From NCBI GenBank assembly GCA_965113315.1, contig OZ220376.1: DNA of 64,000 bases. One strand, written 5' to 3'. The position numbers were made by a program, and so were the translations under genes. Source of the DNA: Podarcis vaucheri (taxonomy: Eukaryota). Shown here piece by piece: positions 48,901 through 62,354 of this stretch (positions are counted from its first letter, which is position 1; every line of letters begins with the position of its first letter). The notes under the pieces were generated by a model, which saw only the letters and a list, made by a program, of their open reading frames with translations, did no database searches and was not told the origin of the DNA.

Positions 48901-51900
48901 GTCTCCTAACAATTCTTGGCACCCTTAACAAGCTATAGTTCCCAGAGTCCTTTGGGGAAACCGTGACTGCTTAAAGTAGAACGAATTGGTTATTAGCATG
49001 GCTCCCACTCAGGATACCTGCTGAAATTAATAGGCACCTGTCATGTCCATTAATTTCAGTGGGTCTACTTTGCGTGGGACTAATGTAGGATTTTTATCCA
49101 ATGTTGCCTTTTTTTCTTTTTTAAAAAAGAACTCTTTCTATGTAGCCTGGAAATATCTCATTCTGTTGGGCAGGTCTCACACTTTCCCCTCTTGTTATTC
49201 CTAGGAGCGTTTGACCGCTTGCAGGATAATGTCCATTTAGTGACCTTCTGCGTGACAGGTAACTGTTTCAAATGGGCGACTTTCCTCTGCTCCCCATCTT
49301 CTCAGCTACCTGGCCTAAGGTGTTCTTGCCACATCAGCACCGTACGTTTAAAGCACCGTGATGCCACTTTTAAACAGTTGTGTCTTCCCCCAAAGAAACC
49401 TGGGAAATGTAGTTTGCTAAGGGTGCTGAGAGTTGTTGGGAGACCCTTATTCCCCTCACAGAGCTACAGAGTTCCCTAGGAAGAGCAATCAATTGATTTT
49501 TTGATTGATTGAAAAACCACTCTGGCAATTGTAGCTCTGTGAGAGAATAAGGTTTTCCTAACTCTTGGCATCCTTAGCAAACTTCAGTTCCCTGGATCCT
49601 TTGGGAAAAGCTGTTCCTGCTAAAGCAGTACTGTAAAGGTAAAGGTAAAGGGACCCCTGACCATTAGGTCCAGTCATGGCCGACTCTGGGGTTGCGGCGC
49701 TCATCTCGCTTTATTGGCCAAGGGGGCCGGCGTACAGCTTCCAGGTAATGTGACCAGCATGACTAAGCCGCTTCTGGCAAACCAGAGCAGCGCACGGAAA
49801 TGCCGTTTACCTTCCCGCAGGAGTGGTACCTATTTATCTACTTGCAATTTGACATGCTTTTGATCTGCTAGGTTGGCAGGAGCAGGGACCGAGCAACGGG
49901 AGCTCACCCCGTTGCGGGGATTCGAACCGCCGACCTTCTGATCGGCAAGTCCTAGGCTCTGTGGTTTAACCCACAGTGCCACCCGCGTCCCTAAGGTAAA
50001 GGTAAAGGGACCCCTGACCATTTTAGGTCCAGTCGTGACCGACTCTGTATGGTATGCATATGGCAACTATAGCCATATGTCACAATGCATGCTGATGTCA
50101 GATCCCAGTCCTTGTTCTGGAGAAGGATATCTGCATTGTATTTTTGTGTTTCTTTGACTTTTAGGTCGCCTTGCAGGGAGACTATGCTTAAAAGTAGAAT
50201 CTCCCAACCCCAGACTGATGTCACAAATTTGAATGAATATTTGATGAGTCCTATATTTGTGTATACCTGGCAGGGACTTGTATCTCAGTTTCTTCCGAAG
50301 CTTGATGTTGATTTTTTAAAAAACGTGTCCTCTTCCATGGAAAAATTAGTTATATCTTTCCTTCCCTCTCTCCTTCTCTCTTTTAAATAACAGAATTAAA
50401 TGACCGGCAAGAGAAAGGCAAACATTTGCCATTCATTTATGGAATTGGTGAGTAACGTTCACATTTGGTCTCAGTTTATCAAGCTGCCTACAAACGATGC
50501 AGATGGTTTAATGAGAGGTTCAAACACTCTGCCTTTTGAAATCACCAGGGTTTGGTTTTGGTTTTTTGCTAAAGGAGAAGATCCTATTCTGGTAGGTATA
50601 TTGTCTGCTTTCACCAGATCAGAAATTTAAACTTTTCCTGGACTTCTAATTTTATGCCAAGTTCAGATGTTTTGTAAAACCATGGTTTCCTTCTGTATCA
50701 GTAAGGCTGCCCAACCCATGGTTCTTCCATGCATTTTCCTCTGCTCTCTTAGGTAGCAGAGAAGTAGGAGATACAAAACATTTTCCTTTAAACTAACAGC
50801 CCTACATATAATGCGTTGCAGTAATCTAACCTAGAGGTTACCAGAGCATAGATGACAGATGTTAGGCTATCTTTGTCCAGATTGGGGCGCAACTGGGCTA
50901 CCAGCCAAAGCTGATAGAAGGCACTCAGCATTGCTGAGGCCACCTGAGCTTCAAGCAATAGCAAAGGATCCAAGAGTACCCCTAAGAGGTGTATCCACTC
51001 CTTCAGAGGGAGTATAGCCCCAACAAACCTGAACCCAGATGAACCCCACATTGAAGGCTCCATAGGGCCAAACAGTCCATCCAAGTAGAATTGGAACCAC
51101 CACAAAGCAGTGCCCTACCCACCCCTAACTTGGACAACCGCTCCAGAATGATTTCATGGTCGATGGTATTGAAAGCTGCTGAGAGGTTGAGGAGAATTAA
51201 CAGGGACACATTTCCCCTATCTGTCTCCTGGCAGATATCATCATACAGGCTGACCAAAGCGGTTTCTTTGCCCAAACAGGGCTTAAACTTTGATTGAAAT
51301 GGATCTAGAACAGCCTTTCTCAACCTGTGGGTCCCCAGATGTTGAACTGCAACTCCCATCACCCCTAGCTAGCAAGGCCAGAGCTCAGGGATGATGGGAG
51401 TTGTAGTCCAACAACACCTGGGGACTCACAGGTTGAGAACCGCTGATCTAGAAGGTGAAGTTCCTCTTAAAGTATACCCATTGAAATTAAGACATAAGCT
51501 ACTAGTGTCCAGTAATTTCAGTGGAACTAATCTGAGCATGACTGCAATGGGATACAGAATCATATGAGTTCACAGGTACTTAAAATACCTAGTCGAACTC
51601 ACAACTGATGCACGAGATCAATGGTGTATTGCATCCCTGCCAGGCGACCTCCAATGAAAGCTCTAATCAAGGATCACCCACCACCTTCCAAGGCCACCTG
51701 TTCCACGGCTGAGCAGTGTACCATTAGGAAGCTGATGCTAACGTTTAATCTGGATCTCATTTCATGTAATTTTAACTTGTGGGCTTCAGCTCTATCCTAA
51801 GAGTTTGGAGCAACAGGGAGCAAATTTGCCCCTGCCCTCTGTGCGACAGCCTTTCCATGTGATCCGATGTTGCTTTTCCAGCTGCGAATGTTAAAACAGG

Positions 51901-53861
51901 AGAGATTTTCCACGCAACGTTTCCAGACAAGGGGCCCGATGTGGATCTGCGGTCTGCCAGTATCTTAACGGGAGCCAAGGTAAGAATACACGTGTTTCAG
52001 TTTTCGGGAGATTAGAAAATGTAATTGTGAGATGTAATTTCTTGTGGCATTTGCCTGCCTTGCATCACAGGCGTTTCTGAAGCTGGTGCTCAGTTTGCAG
52101 TGCAGACTGTAGGAGTTTTAAATCAGAATCCCAAACACCATTAATTCATTACAGTGGATGCTCGGGTTGTGAACGTGATCCGTGCAGGAGGCATGTTCGC
52201 AACCTGCAGTGTTCGCAACCCGCAGCACCGTGTCTGTGCATGTGTGGGTTGCCATTCGGCGCTTCTGCGCATGCATAAAGCGCGACTGCCGAAACCCAGA
52301 AGTAACCTGTTCCGGTACTTCCTTGTTTGGGCGGGTCCATAACCCAAAAAAAGCAACCTGAAGCATCTGTAACCCAAGATATAACCCAAGGTAATTTTAG
52401 CATGGGCAAACACAGGAATTATGTGTGTGCGTGTGTGTGACCGCATGTGCAAAGCCTCCAGATAAATACATACATGACTCTCCTGCTGCCTTTTCATTTT
52501 GGGGCGTTAACACGCTGTTCCGAAATTGTTGTTTTGTAGATGGTTAACGTTTATGACTCAAGAAAGGAGCAACTGTGCATTGGCCCTTACTTTTGGATGC
52601 CTTTTCCCCATGTGGACTTCTGGCTAGCCCAGGATGATCAGCACATCTTGCAGGTAACTGGTCCTCATGAACAAGATGGTGGCGGGATCCCAATGAAATG
52701 CCCAGAGAAACTTGGGGTGCTTTCGTTTCTGAAGATTAAGCAGTTTCATGCCCCTTATTTGTTAAATGTATTTGCCACTTTTCCTCCTGGGAAAGATGGC
52801 AAATGGCTTTATGTGAGGCTGTCCCCTCCCTTTCAAAAACAGAACGAAACAAACAAAATACTGGATTTGTTAGTCACTTGTTACCCAAAGCTCTCCCAAG
52901 TGAGTTAGGCACATTTTAAAAAAATAATATTAATATATTATAACATAAAAACAAAACAGCAGCTGCAGGAAGTTCTGACAGCGCAGCAAAAACAAAGCAA
53001 CATGATCTCAGTCTAGAAAGAGGCCTGAGGGGAAAGGCAAGGCCAGAAAGTTGTTGGCAAAGGTGCCAGGCAGACCTTGCTGGGGACAATATTCCTCAGA
53101 TGGGGAGCCATAACTGAAAAGGCCCTTCTCAAGATCTGGAGAAAGGCCTTATAAATTCTAGGTAGGCTTATAATCGGGAGAGGTGCTTCAGAATATATTG
53201 GGGTATAAGCTGTAAGCTTTATAGGTGAAAACCTATAGGAATTTAATAATAATGAATAAAACTACTACTTTGAATTGGGCTCAGAAAGCATACAGCCACT
53301 GTAGCTGTAACAAAATAGGTGTTGCATGATCTGTTTGAATTAAGCCTGTCAAAAGTCAGGGAGCTGACTTTCTGTTCTAGGTGAAGCTTCTGAACCATTT
53401 TCAAAGGCATCCCCACATAAAGCACTTTACCCTGACAATGCAACAACCCTGTGTGCAAGTTAGATTAAGTGTGTGTAACTGGTCCAAGGTCACCTTGTGA
53501 GTTTCATGACCAAATGGAGATTTTGTACCAAGTCACTCCAGCCCTAGTCTGACATTCTAACCCATGGATAGGGATCTCCAGGCCTTTCTTATGCTGATGG
53601 GATTGCCTTGGAGGTGGGGGGACGGGGGACAGGTAGAAGTAGCGACAAAGGTGTATTTTAACTCTGCAATTTGTTTTCCAGAATCTCTCGACGTCGCCTC
53701 TGGCTGAACCGCCTCACTTCGTTTCCCACATTAGAGCGACTCTGATGTACTTGAAAGAGCATCCCTTTCCAGATAAGACACTGTTTCCTAGCAGAAAACC
53801 TTGGATATACAGGAAAAACGAGAGTGGCCTATGGGAGAAGGTCTCTTCCGACCAGATGTGA
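42891..53861 (+). CDS. NTAN1: Protein N-terminal asparagine amidohydrolase NTAN1, 310 aa
   Basis: Exons 42891-42971, 45775-45877, 45963-46028, 46892-47000, 47869-47942, 49205-49258, 50394-50447, 51882-51979, 52540-52653, 53682-53861 are all GT-AG and join in phase to 933 nt. Motifs MPLLV, GLLYVQQRE, GSDDATTCH (S69, C75), LTHCDG (H92), NLSTSPLAEPPHFV. Confidence 0.97.
43571..43915 (-). mobile_element. Sauria SINE in NTAN1 intron 1
   Basis: Tail and body shared with the other copies. Confidence 0.88.
45304..45440 (+). mobile_element. SINE with a tRNA-Ile-derived head and CR1 3' tail
   Basis: tagctccattggttagagcttggtgctgataacaccaaggctgcaggttcgatccc resembles tRNA-Ile; followed by a CR1-like cagggtcccttccaactct. 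Confidence 0.7.
46099..46454. mobile_element. Tc/mariner-type MITE with an internal TAAGCCGC/TAATAGCC minisatellite
   Basis: TA + CAGTGGTGCCCCGCAAGACGAA...TTCGTCTTGCGAGGCACCACTG + TA; tandem repeats at 46265-46400. Confidence 0.85.
46630..46775 (+). mobile_element. 5'-truncated Sauria SINE
   Basis: 3' half of the element ending in cctttaccttt. Confidence 0.7.
47458..47703 (+). mobile_element. tRNA-derived SINE (probably Squam3-type)
   Basis: tRNA-like head gtagtggttaagagc..gggttcg; body shared with the 14779-15015 copy; (CTT)n tail. Confidence 0.8.
48571..48804. mobile_element. hAT MITE (same family as 38954)
   Basis: Perfect 8-bp TSD GTTTAAGC. Confidence 0.88.
49634..50047 (-). mobile_element. 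Full Sauria SINE (49634-49991) abutting a second truncated 3' fragment (49992-50047)
   Basis: Two AAAGGTAAAGGGACCCCTGACC tails. Confidence 0.88.
50790..51302 (-). mobile_element. L2 LINE reverse-transcriptase fragment
   Basis: LLNLSAAFNTIDH and LVTSRLDYCNALY are L2 RT motifs. Confidence 0.8.
51311..51445. mobile_element. hAT MITE (related copy at 48365-48481)
   Basis: CAGCCTTTCTCAACC...GGTTGAGAACCGCTG; perfect TSD ATCTAGAA. Confidence 0.85.
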
Positions 53862-54899
53862 CTTTTGAAAGAGTCCGAGTGAGACTCCGAAGGTGTGAAT
53901 TGTGCCAAAGGAGGAACAGCCATTCCGGATGGCAGAGACTGCACTTGACTTCAATGAATAGCTCCCCCCCCCGCCTTTTGCTAAAATGAAACAAGACTGT
54001 GGAAGCCGACCCTGTTTGCACAGCGGCATAGCCTCAAAAAGTTCTCAAAGACTCAAATAATAACAAAGACACGTGAGGTTTCTATATTTTTACTGGATGA
54101 GATTCTGTCTCTGTGGGGCTCAAGGTATAAAGCAGGCCTCCCTGTCACGCCACTGAGGAGGGTGCAATATCCTTCAGACATGCACATCCTTCCCAAGTTC
54201 TGGGGTGCTGTTTGGATTTGTGGGAGCTCTGAGCCAAGAGTCCTCTGTCATGAGCCCCGAGCCACAATTGGCAGGCTTGCAGTGCTGTGTATAGCATTGT
54301 AATTCTGGGTCCAGCCCTCATTTTTTAAGTCCCACCCCCCACTTTCGTGTTGGTCTGGGGTACTGCCAAAAATTAAAAGGCCAGCTTGAGCCAGTTGCCC
54401 AGTGTTTCCCCCCCTTAATAGCTTTATTTGAAACAGGTGGATTGCAGCTAGTATAGAACATCTCTGGATTATTTGTGGCAATCTCTGGAGCAGTTTGCAT
54501 GCAAGGAACTCACTGCATAGCTATCTGCGGAAGGAACTGGAGTCCAAAGCAAAGTTATGGCCTTAAGGGGAAAGATCTCAAATGGATGCTCAGAAAAGCA
54601 ATCTGCACTTCCCCGAGGGAAGTAAATTGTACACAGGAAAAAGGTAACATGCTTTTGCCAGTACAGTGATTGACAGGTGGCTTTACAGGGATGTGTAACT
54701 TTTGGCCCTGCAGACTCCAACTCCCATCAACTCCAACCAGCATGGCCAGTGGTCAGGGATGATGAGAGTTGCCAATCCCATAGATATGAATGGGAAACCC
54801 TTTTCGGGGTAGCGGGAAGATAGACATGCGCCTGAGCATGAAAGTTTATTTTCCTCTTGAACTGCTTACATGTGAAAACCTTGACACAAACTCAGATAC

Positions 54900-57065
54900 T
54901 AACAAGTTGGAGAACCTTTATTGAATCATTTGGGAAGTATCTAAATTAGGTCTGTATCCCAGCAAAACTGCTGGCTTAACAATATAAAAACATTAAAATT
55001 TGTATTAATGATTATAACTTCAACCCATTTCTCCTCAGTGAACCCCAAGTTAATATTCATTTTACCAAATAAAATGCCAAGGAAGACGAGAATTTGTACT
55101 TTAAAAACAAAACAAAACACCCCAGTTCTTATTTAAACAAAGCAAATCTATTAAGGTTGTCTGTTTTTTAAGGATTCCCAGTTCCTTAGAATAAAGAATG
55201 AATCAACAGTACACTTAACAGTAGTCCTCATCACACACCAAGGCAATGCCCAATGCATTTTGCTCATCAAAATCCACTAGCATAGAAAATACTTTGAAGG
55301 ATATTACAAGCCTATTTTCAGAGAAGTTTGCTTCCTCGGGCCAAGGACCAAACCAGATATTGCAACTATCATTCCCTCACACCATCTACCTTCTCCACGC
55401 CTGGAACACATAACTGACTGCTAATGTAACTTGGACCACCATGACCATAAATTACTATCTTTATAGCAGGGTGGGAAATTATATGCATTTTGCCTTCAAT
55501 CTGACCTTCAGCTTATATGTACTTTCACTATGTGTTTGGTTACTTGAGTTTCAAAGCAGTTCCACTCTAGGTTCAGACAAGCAACTTCTTCCACTATGAC
55601 ATGGTAGACTCCTCTTGTGTTGAATGTTCATTTTCTATGCCTGGGTGCTGCCGCTGCATTATTTAGGAAGGCAAAATATAATCACTATAATATTCCCTTG
55701 CAAACTGCCATGCTTTCATTCAGCATCAGTGTGAGTACAGGATTAGGCTGTAGTTCGTTACCAGTCATTGCAAGGAGGAAGCTATTAACTCCAGGAAAGG
55801 TCCTTTAGGAAAAAAGGGATCAACCCCCCTTAAAAAAAACAAAAACTATGAATTTTGAAGTAATTGATCACAGACTGGCCTGGGGCTTGATCACATAAAC
55901 TCTCTCCTAGGATTTTCTTACCACATGAAAAGATGCAAGTTCAATAGGAACAGAATTAAAGCAATCACTAAAGTGAATGCATTGTAACAGGGGGATGAAA
56001 CAGGCTTCTGAATATTTTCTCTTTGATTAAAGAAAAAAAGTTAGCTCATTTCTTTAAATAGTGCAGCAGTGTAAATAACCTAACAATTTCTTTGGGTATT
56101 TACAATATCTAGCAAATGTAAACTACCGATCAGAACAATCCAGGATAGCAGTACAGGAAACATCACAGATATGCAACATTGTCAGCTCAAAAGTGTTTCA
56201 CGAATACCTTTCGAAAGGTGTCAAAGAGACTCTGGGGGGTGAGTTGCTCTAAAGCAAAACTATTCCATTGGGTTTGTCTCCTAACGGCCTGAAGCAGGAA
56301 AGTGTGGGATATCTGTTCCCAGCAGCCATGGTGAGGAATACTTCTTCAAGAGGAGTGTTGGCCTCAGACTGCGAAACTTTTGCTGCAGGTTTATCTGGTG
56401 GTGGTAGGGAATGCCCAAAGTGGTGCTCAATCACTTATATATGTACACATGAAGCAAACTTTCAGAATTATTTTTAAAAGGCTATTCATAAAACCAAGGG
56501 AACCGTATGGAGGGGTGCCTATAGATTTACCTCTAAAAATAGGTATTTAAAAATAAGGTAGTGAGCAGTTGGTAGATTTATTAAACAGTTAGAATCTTCT
56601 TTTCTTTTTTACAAAAACACATAGCACCAAGTGCAATTGATCATTCCAACCTAAAGGGAAGTGTCTGGGTAGAGCATCTTGAAAATTAAGCAGCAAACCA
56701 TTCTTTAGGATGCCAGCTGGAGACAAGCTGTATCCTGCATTTGCAAACTTCAGGGGCGAAGAAACTGCTGTTTACCACCTGGGCAATGTGAACGTAAGCC
56801 GGACAGAAAGCAACAATGGCAAAGTGTACAGGAAAAACCAGGCCGATGCCCCCCGCAGAGAAGGCGAAAGAGGGTGGGGTGGGGAGAAAAGGCTTCTTCC
56901 ACTAAACTCTGTGCAAAAATCTCCAGTCGATCACAAGTTTAACAGTAGTCGTTACTGTACTAACTGTGGCACTGTTCACATTTTAAATGCATCATTAGGC
57001 TGCCCCTGCTAGAGAGGGAGTGCATTTTTTTTGTACAAAGTCTTAAAATGCACAGGGTCTGGATT
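54900..57065 (-). other. Probable PDXDC1 3'UTR
   Basis: Repeat-poor AT-rich stretch after the stop codon; minus-strand AATAAA at 54917-54922 (another at 54845-54850); UGUAAAUA (Pumilio-type) at 56097-56104. Confidence 0.55.
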
Positions 57066-60000
57066 TTATCTTAGACTCTCTTGTTCCTCGGATGTAGTGC
57101 AGTCATTTGCCAGGGCCTTCGCCTTGTCGCCCCGGGAATCTTCAGGGCTTTCCGGGTTCGGAAGCATGCTCTCTTCTGGCTGTTTTGAATCACCTTGCCC
57201 AGCAGGGGGAGCTGCAACAGGCCTCTGCTCTGCCCTCTCCAGATCATCAATGTGACTCACGGAGCTGGTCTCACTGAACCCATCCGAGTTCCTCAAGGAC
57301 CTTCTAAACAGCTTTTGTCCTGGGGCAAAATATACACACTTGATTTAGTGCTACGCAGCCACGGCAAGGTCTGAAATGCTGCCTGCCTGTTTCCGCAGCT
57401 GGGAATTTATGGATGGAAAACCAAGCCGGTTCATAAGGTTGATTGGGGCATCGGTGGTAGACATTTATTTATATATTTCATAAAAATGTTATGCTGTTTG
57501 TAAAAATAAATTAATCCTCAAAAAGGTTTACAAAGAGTAAATAAAATTATCGGTAAAAACAACTATTAAAAACATTCAGAAAAAATAAAATCCACAGCAA
57601 ACTAAAAACAGATTAAAACACGTTGACAAGGTGTCGTCTGCCTGGTGTCATCAGGCAAGGAGTTCCAAAGCATAAGTGCTGCTCCGCCATAAAAGTTTGA
57701 TTCCTTACAAATATGGAACGAGTATTATGTGGCACCTGCCCTGCCACACTGCCAGTTGATCAAAGTGATCAAGTGGGCATATAGGAGTTAAGATGATCTT
57801 GCAAATAGATATGCCCTGGGCATATTTGTGATTCTGGGCACGTACAGCAAAAAAGAGAGAGAAAATGATGGAAGCGGGAATGGGATTCAGCGTTCCAAGC
57901 TTATAAAACACTGTCCCATTTGCCCTAATGGAATGGCTTCTACTGAGACCTACTTCTAAGCAAGACACTTGGTTCTCACCAACGGTGAAACTCTCCAGCA
58001 GCTTCTCTGAAACGCGACAGAAGGGAAGACTTACCAGGGAACCTCTGCTTTGCACGGCTTGACGTGGGAGTGGGAGGTGGGGTGTTCCCAGTGCCCTGTA
58101 CTTTGGAGACGTACGTGGGCTCTGTAGATTCCAAAGAACCTGGCAAAGGGAAGAGGGTTTGGTTAGTGGCCCCTCAGATCATACCTGAAAACTAGGTTTA
58201 ACGTGCCAAATTATAGGATGGTATTTATCATCTGATCCTATTTAGCTGAACTTTATTGTACCAAAGGCACTTCTGTCTCACAACCTTCCATTTAGATTTC
58301 AACACAACAACATTCCACAGCAAACCACGATTGGAAAGCTGCTGCTGCTGCTGCTGCTGCTGAGTCTTCTGAGCACAGTGGTACATTAGATGCTACTTCT
58401 GAAATATAGCATCTTCTGTGGAACTCTTCAGCTGCTCCAAGTGAAGCTATCTGCAAACTTCTGAATGGCCCTCCCAGGCTTTTCCAGAGCCTGGGAGTTT
58501 GAGAACACTCCCAGTTCTCAATGTGGAAGGGCTGAGTCAGTTTTTCCACGTGGGGTTGAGAAGTTTTAGGAAGAGAGGGACGTATGCAAAACATCCTGTG
58601 TGCTATTAGACGATGACTATAGGAAGAGTCCTTCTGAATCTGGCTTAACGTCCATCTATTCCACCATCCTGCCTCCTACAAGGACCAATCTGATGCCACT
58701 GGAATTCCCCAAGCAGGGTATGAAGGTAATAGCCCTCTTCCTATGCCTGTTCCCCATCAAGTGTTATCCCCAAGGTAGGTAAGGTAAAGGGACCCCTGAC
58801 CATTAGGTCTAGTCGTGGCTAACTCTGGGGTTGCGGTGCTCATCTCGCTTTTTGGCCGAGGGAGCCGGCGTACAGCTTCCTGGTCATGTGGTCAGCATGA
58901 CTAAGCCGCTTCTGGCGAACCAGAGCAGCGCACGGAAACGCCGTTTACCTTCCCGCCAGAGCGGTACCTATTTATCTACTTGCCCTTTGATGTGCTTTCA
59001 AACTGCTAGGTTGGCAGGAGCAGGGACCGAGCAATGGGAGCTCACCCCATCACGGGGGTTCAAACCGCCGACCTTCTGATCAGCAAGTCCTAGGCTCTGT
59101 GGTTTAACCCACAGCGCCACCCGTGTCCCATCTCCAAGGTACACTGCCCCTAAACTTGGAAGTTCTATTCAGTTATCACAGAATGTAACAAGAGCCAGGC
59201 TGGATCAGACCAAAGGTCCAACTAGTCCACTGTACTGCCTGTAACAATAGCTAACCAGGAGCTTCTGGAAGGGCGTCACCAGCAGGGCATAAAGGCAGAA
59301 GCAGAGAAACCAGGACAGGAACAGCATCCATAACCCTCCTCCTTCAAAACCACCACAGCCGCACATATACTTTGAAGGGCCTACTAATTCATTGCTCCCG
59401 CAAGTTGCTAACGTTGGTTCAACCCCCCAAATCATTGGTATAATCAAGTTTCACCCCACCTGCTGTTAGGTTAAATGTTCTTCCCTTTGGTGAAGCGTGA
59501 AATGGAGAAAACCAGTTGAGCACAGAGCCCACTACAGGAATCTGTCGGAGCAGCCCCTGAGAAAACAAACGGGGTTGGGGAAAAGATCAGTGTGTTGCCG
59601 AGAAACAGGATGCAGCCTGGTTGCAGCAGCTAGTGCTGCTGCTGGGAAATGGCTTAACTTGGGGCACTCACCTCTTCAAGGAGTCTTTCCTCATTTGCTT
59701 TCTGCAGCTGAACCTGCGCTTCCTGTATGCCTTTCCGTACAACTTCAGTCATGTTTTCCAGCAGCTGATTAGAAATTGAACAGCACACCTTATTAGCATT
59801 TCTTGTATTCCTGATCTGGTATGGTGTTGCTAGTGCATTACCTCCAATGTAGGAATACCAAGAATCATGGATGACTGCCCATATTGACTTGAGAGAGCTA
59901 GCTGAGCTTACAAATGGTAAAAATAAAAACTGGTGCATGCACAGCTGTTTTGCAGGCACTAATAGGACTGGGACTTCTTTCCCCTTCTGCCACATTCAAA

Positions 60001-60666
60001 CAGTCAACCCCACTGCATTGCAGGGGTTGGTCTAGATGACCCTTGGGTCCCTTCCAACTCTTAAGATTCTATGAAAGTTTCTTTAAGGTGCTTGCCACTG
60101 TTCACAGATCGATCAGCAGCCAGGTTTGCACAGCATGGCAAGCTAAGAACAAACCTTGGCTGCAGCTTGTCCTGGTTTGGATGACATGCTATGCCAATTG
60201 TTGGCTTAGCTCAGCACAGCGTAGCACTAAAAAGAGACCAGGAAGTGGTTGCATGTTACTCTCCAGCAGCAAGCTGATCAGTGTGTTAATAGTCTCTGGA
60301 TTTGCTATTGATGACAGCTGGAAAGGAAGCAAGCTGTTACCAGAAGCTGTGGAGTAGTTCATTATGTCCCCCCCCAAGGAAATAAAATCCATTCATTAAT
60401 TACTTGCTGCCCTATAGAAAGTTAACCACCCTGGAATTAAAATGGAACTATCATGAGCTATTTAAGTGATTTATTTATTTGGATAAAAAAAAAAATACTG
60501 AGAAGGGAGCTGCAATGATCAATTTAATTAAGATGCTGCAGCTGGGAGAGGACGCAATTCCTAAGCTGGTTGTTATTGCTTTGCTCATGAATCAGTTCTT
60601 ATGTGTTTAACACCTTGTGATAATCCAAACGTTAGCAATTTATGATGTGGCACATTGAATAAAGGA

Positions 60667-60698
<32 letters not shown>

Positions 60699-62354
60699 GG
60701 AGTTATGGAAAAGAAGTCAAGTAAGTGCCAATGCGTCATTTTTGTGGTGACAGACTAGCATAGCTTCTAGAAGGAGAATACATTTATCATTAAGGGGCCT
60801 ATAGGAAAACTAAGCGCAGGACAATGAGTATGACCAAGAAGAGGTCTGCTCATTATGCTGCCACTCTGCAGTCTTGTACGGTCAGTACATACCCTTGAAT
60901 GCTCTTCAATTTCTCGGCCCGTCGCCGCAATAGTTTCAATCAGCTCAGAAACATCAAGGTCCTCAGTGACCATTCCAATATAAATACAGTTTTTCTCCCC
61001 TCCAAATTCTGGGCCTGAGAAGTGGGGGAAAGAGGTAGAATGAGGTTCGCAAACACTTTAGAAATCGTAAACATGCTTGTTTTAAATAGGCATTGAACTT
61101 ATTTTTAAAGAGAGGTTTTAGGGCTCCTGGATTCAGGGTAAGCCACAGCCCTTCCCCATCAAAAGTGCTTCTCTCTTCCACTCTTACTCGCTTTTTGAAA
61201 ATTCCAAATTCTGGAGAATTTTAAAATTTTGCGACTAGAACAATTAAAAGTGATCAGAGGAAGTTAAATATAAAAATGCAAAATTCCTCTGTTTGGTAGA
61301 GAAACCAGTATTATTGAATTGTTACAGGGGATTACACACACACACACACTGATACCTAGACTTCCCCATCATTTCACTGCCCCATTGAATAGTTTCAGAA
61401 GTAGTTTATTACCTAAGGAAAACAACAGATCTGATTCCAGCTCATTTAGTTTTTTCAATAGTTCGTTGTTAATCTTCTCCACTTCTTTCTCCTGTTTGTC
61501 TTCATTCTGCCCCTCGTACCTTTCAAAACCAATTCAGATGGACTATTTATGGTAGTGGTAGAGTTTTGCAGTAAAAACTGTAAAATCCTATCTTGCTGTC
61601 CAAGAACAGTTTGCAAAAAATTTGCCTTGATTATTCATTGTACACCATGTCAACGTTACTGAAAATTTTCAGTCACACTGTCATTTGTGCTTTGCACAAA
61701 TTTGCTCCAGAAGTATGCATGTAGTCTGTTTAACCTGAGCAGTCCTAAACCCTATGAGTACATTGGAAAAATAAAAAGACACTTTGAAAATACCGAAGTG
61801 GGAAACCATGATCAAATATGTTTGACATTATGCAAATATTAAAATGGTAGTAAATGGTAACAACTCAGAGTAGGAAGAAAACATCCAGTAAAGTGGAATG
61901 GTGGCAGATTCAGCACAAAGAAAAGGAAATACTTCTTTCCACTGAATTTGCTGCTGAAAGATTTGGCGAGACAGCCACTAGCTCAGATGGCTTAAAAAGA
62001 CAAATTCATAGAGGATATGCCTCTCAATGGCTACTGGGTGAACCAATGAGCAAATCGCACAGCCAAACTCTTCTGGAAACAGGAAGAACTGGTTGCTCCT
62101 CAGCTCAGTTTGGAAGCTTGTCTATATGCAGCCTAGAGCTCTCAAAGAGCCTTGAGGAAGTCTGTGCAGAGCAGCCACTCACCTTACCACTCCAAGGCCT
62201 GGCCAGCTGAGGTCTTCAACATAGGCAAGACCTACAGTTCTTTTCACTTCCTGCTCAAACTCCTCCCTGAGTTGCAGTGTGCACGTCAGCACCGGGACCT
62301 TCAGTTTAAGGCAGTCCACCAACTGGTCAACGTCTTGCACTTCAGTTCCTAAAA
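57066..62354 (-). CDS. PDXDC1: Pyridoxal-dependent decarboxylase domain-containing protein 1, 3' part (last 7 coding exons; the rest lies beyond the window)
   Basis: Minus-strand exons 62354-62183, 61519-61413, 61014-60893, 59764-59672, 59556-59460, 58139-58035, 57319-57066 join in phase. Peptides DVDQLV..LQLREEF, LLENMTEVVRKGIQEAQ, RQIPVVGSVLNWFSP, GSLESTEP, SETSSVSHI..ESLR* match recalled human PDXDC1. Confidence 0.95.
58778..59129 (-). mobile_element. Sauria SINE
   Basis: Full length; 12-bp TSD ATCCCCAAGGTA / ATCTCCAAGGTA. Confidence 0.9.
60667..60694. repeat. (CA)n microsatellite (others: (TTTA)n ~32867-32898, (GTT)n ~42049-42071, (GCT)n ~58338-58361)
   Basis: Direct reading of the sequence. 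Confidence 0.9.
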
